Positions 63,301 to 64,000 of a stretch of DNA of 64,000 nt are shown piece by piece; the first letter of the stretch is position 1, and every line of letters starts with the position of its first letter. Source of the stretch: Raillietiella orientalis (Eukaryota). The notes beneath the pieces were generated by a model. It saw only the letters and a program-made list of their open reading frames with translations. It did not search any database and was not told the DNA's origin. The stretch lies in NCBI GenBank assembly GCA_036172245.1, contig JAYWIR010000006.1, forward strand, positions 186,001 to 250,000, given 5' to 3'. The translations under genes and the position numbers were made by a program.

Positions 63301-64000
63301 GGACACCGGTGTCATCTTTTTGTCCACCTACCCCACTCCCTGGGAAGTACTGTCCGGAAGAGATGGCAGGGAGAGAGGCAAAAGGGGAGAGGGGTGAAAG
63401 TTGTTTTCGCCCTTCGGGAGGAAGCAGCAGCTGCGGTGCAGCGGAAAGAGAAGGCAGGGATCCTCCCGTTCCGCCTTTCCTGAAGGGTTTTCTTGCTGTG
63501 ATCGCTTCTTCTCCCTCCCCCCTTTCCCTTTTCCCTACCTCTTCCTCCCCCTCCGGATTCTTCCCGGCATAGCTGCGGCAACACCCCCTCGCTGCTAGGA
63601 AACGGCTCCCGTTTATTGAAATTTCTCCGTGGGTTTCTCCTTCTTTTTTCATTCCCCTTTCTCTCCCTTTTTTTCCTCCCTGCCTCCGGAAAAGGTCGCC
63701 GATCGGGACGCGCATCTCCTGCCACCCTTCGGGAGGGAGAGGGGAGTGGGGGACGGGACGCCGCGTCTCCTGGGGAGCGGGCCGATGCTCACGCGTCGAG
63801 AGCCTCCAGCCCGATGCGGAAGAAGGGCTGCTGCTGCTCCCGGTCTGCCAGTGGGAGCAGTGGCGGTGGGACCAAGGGGAACCCGGGAATCTGGAGATCG
63901 AGGGGCTCCTGCTTGACCACCACGATGACCGCATCCTCCTTGCCTGCGGCGGCCGCACGCTTCTGCGGCGCCTGTGGGTTGGAGGGCTTGCGGAACGCGG

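Overview
Eukaryotic genomic DNA, probably from an invertebrate animal; not prokaryotic, and no CRISPR array or rRNA was seen. Three spliced protein genes can be rebuilt by hand. (1) A complete 9-exon glycerol-3-phosphate dehydrogenase on the minus strand (2666-4207, 362 aa), with seven of eight introns only 40-51 nt. (2) A Lifeguard/TMBIM (Bax-inhibitor-1 family) 7-TM gene on the minus strand (17505 to about 27907, start unresolved) that lacks both conserved pore aspartates. (3) A plus-strand single-pass membrane protein with Cys-rich EB-like modules and two PPxY motifs (about 36057-57386+), spread over large introns. The rest alternates between AT-rich blocks and very GC-rich blocks full of decayed transposons (piggyBac, CR1-like LINE, Gypsy RNase H/integrase). 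The most notable non-coding signals are two divergent U4-snRNA-like 5' domains and two copies of a ~700-nt tRNA-headed, poly(A)-tailed, highly structured SINE-like element. The U4-like copies keep the U6-pairing segment and the kink-turn layout but lack an Sm site. All calls come from manual reading; no database searches were run, and most long ORFs in the GC-rich blocks are considered spurious.
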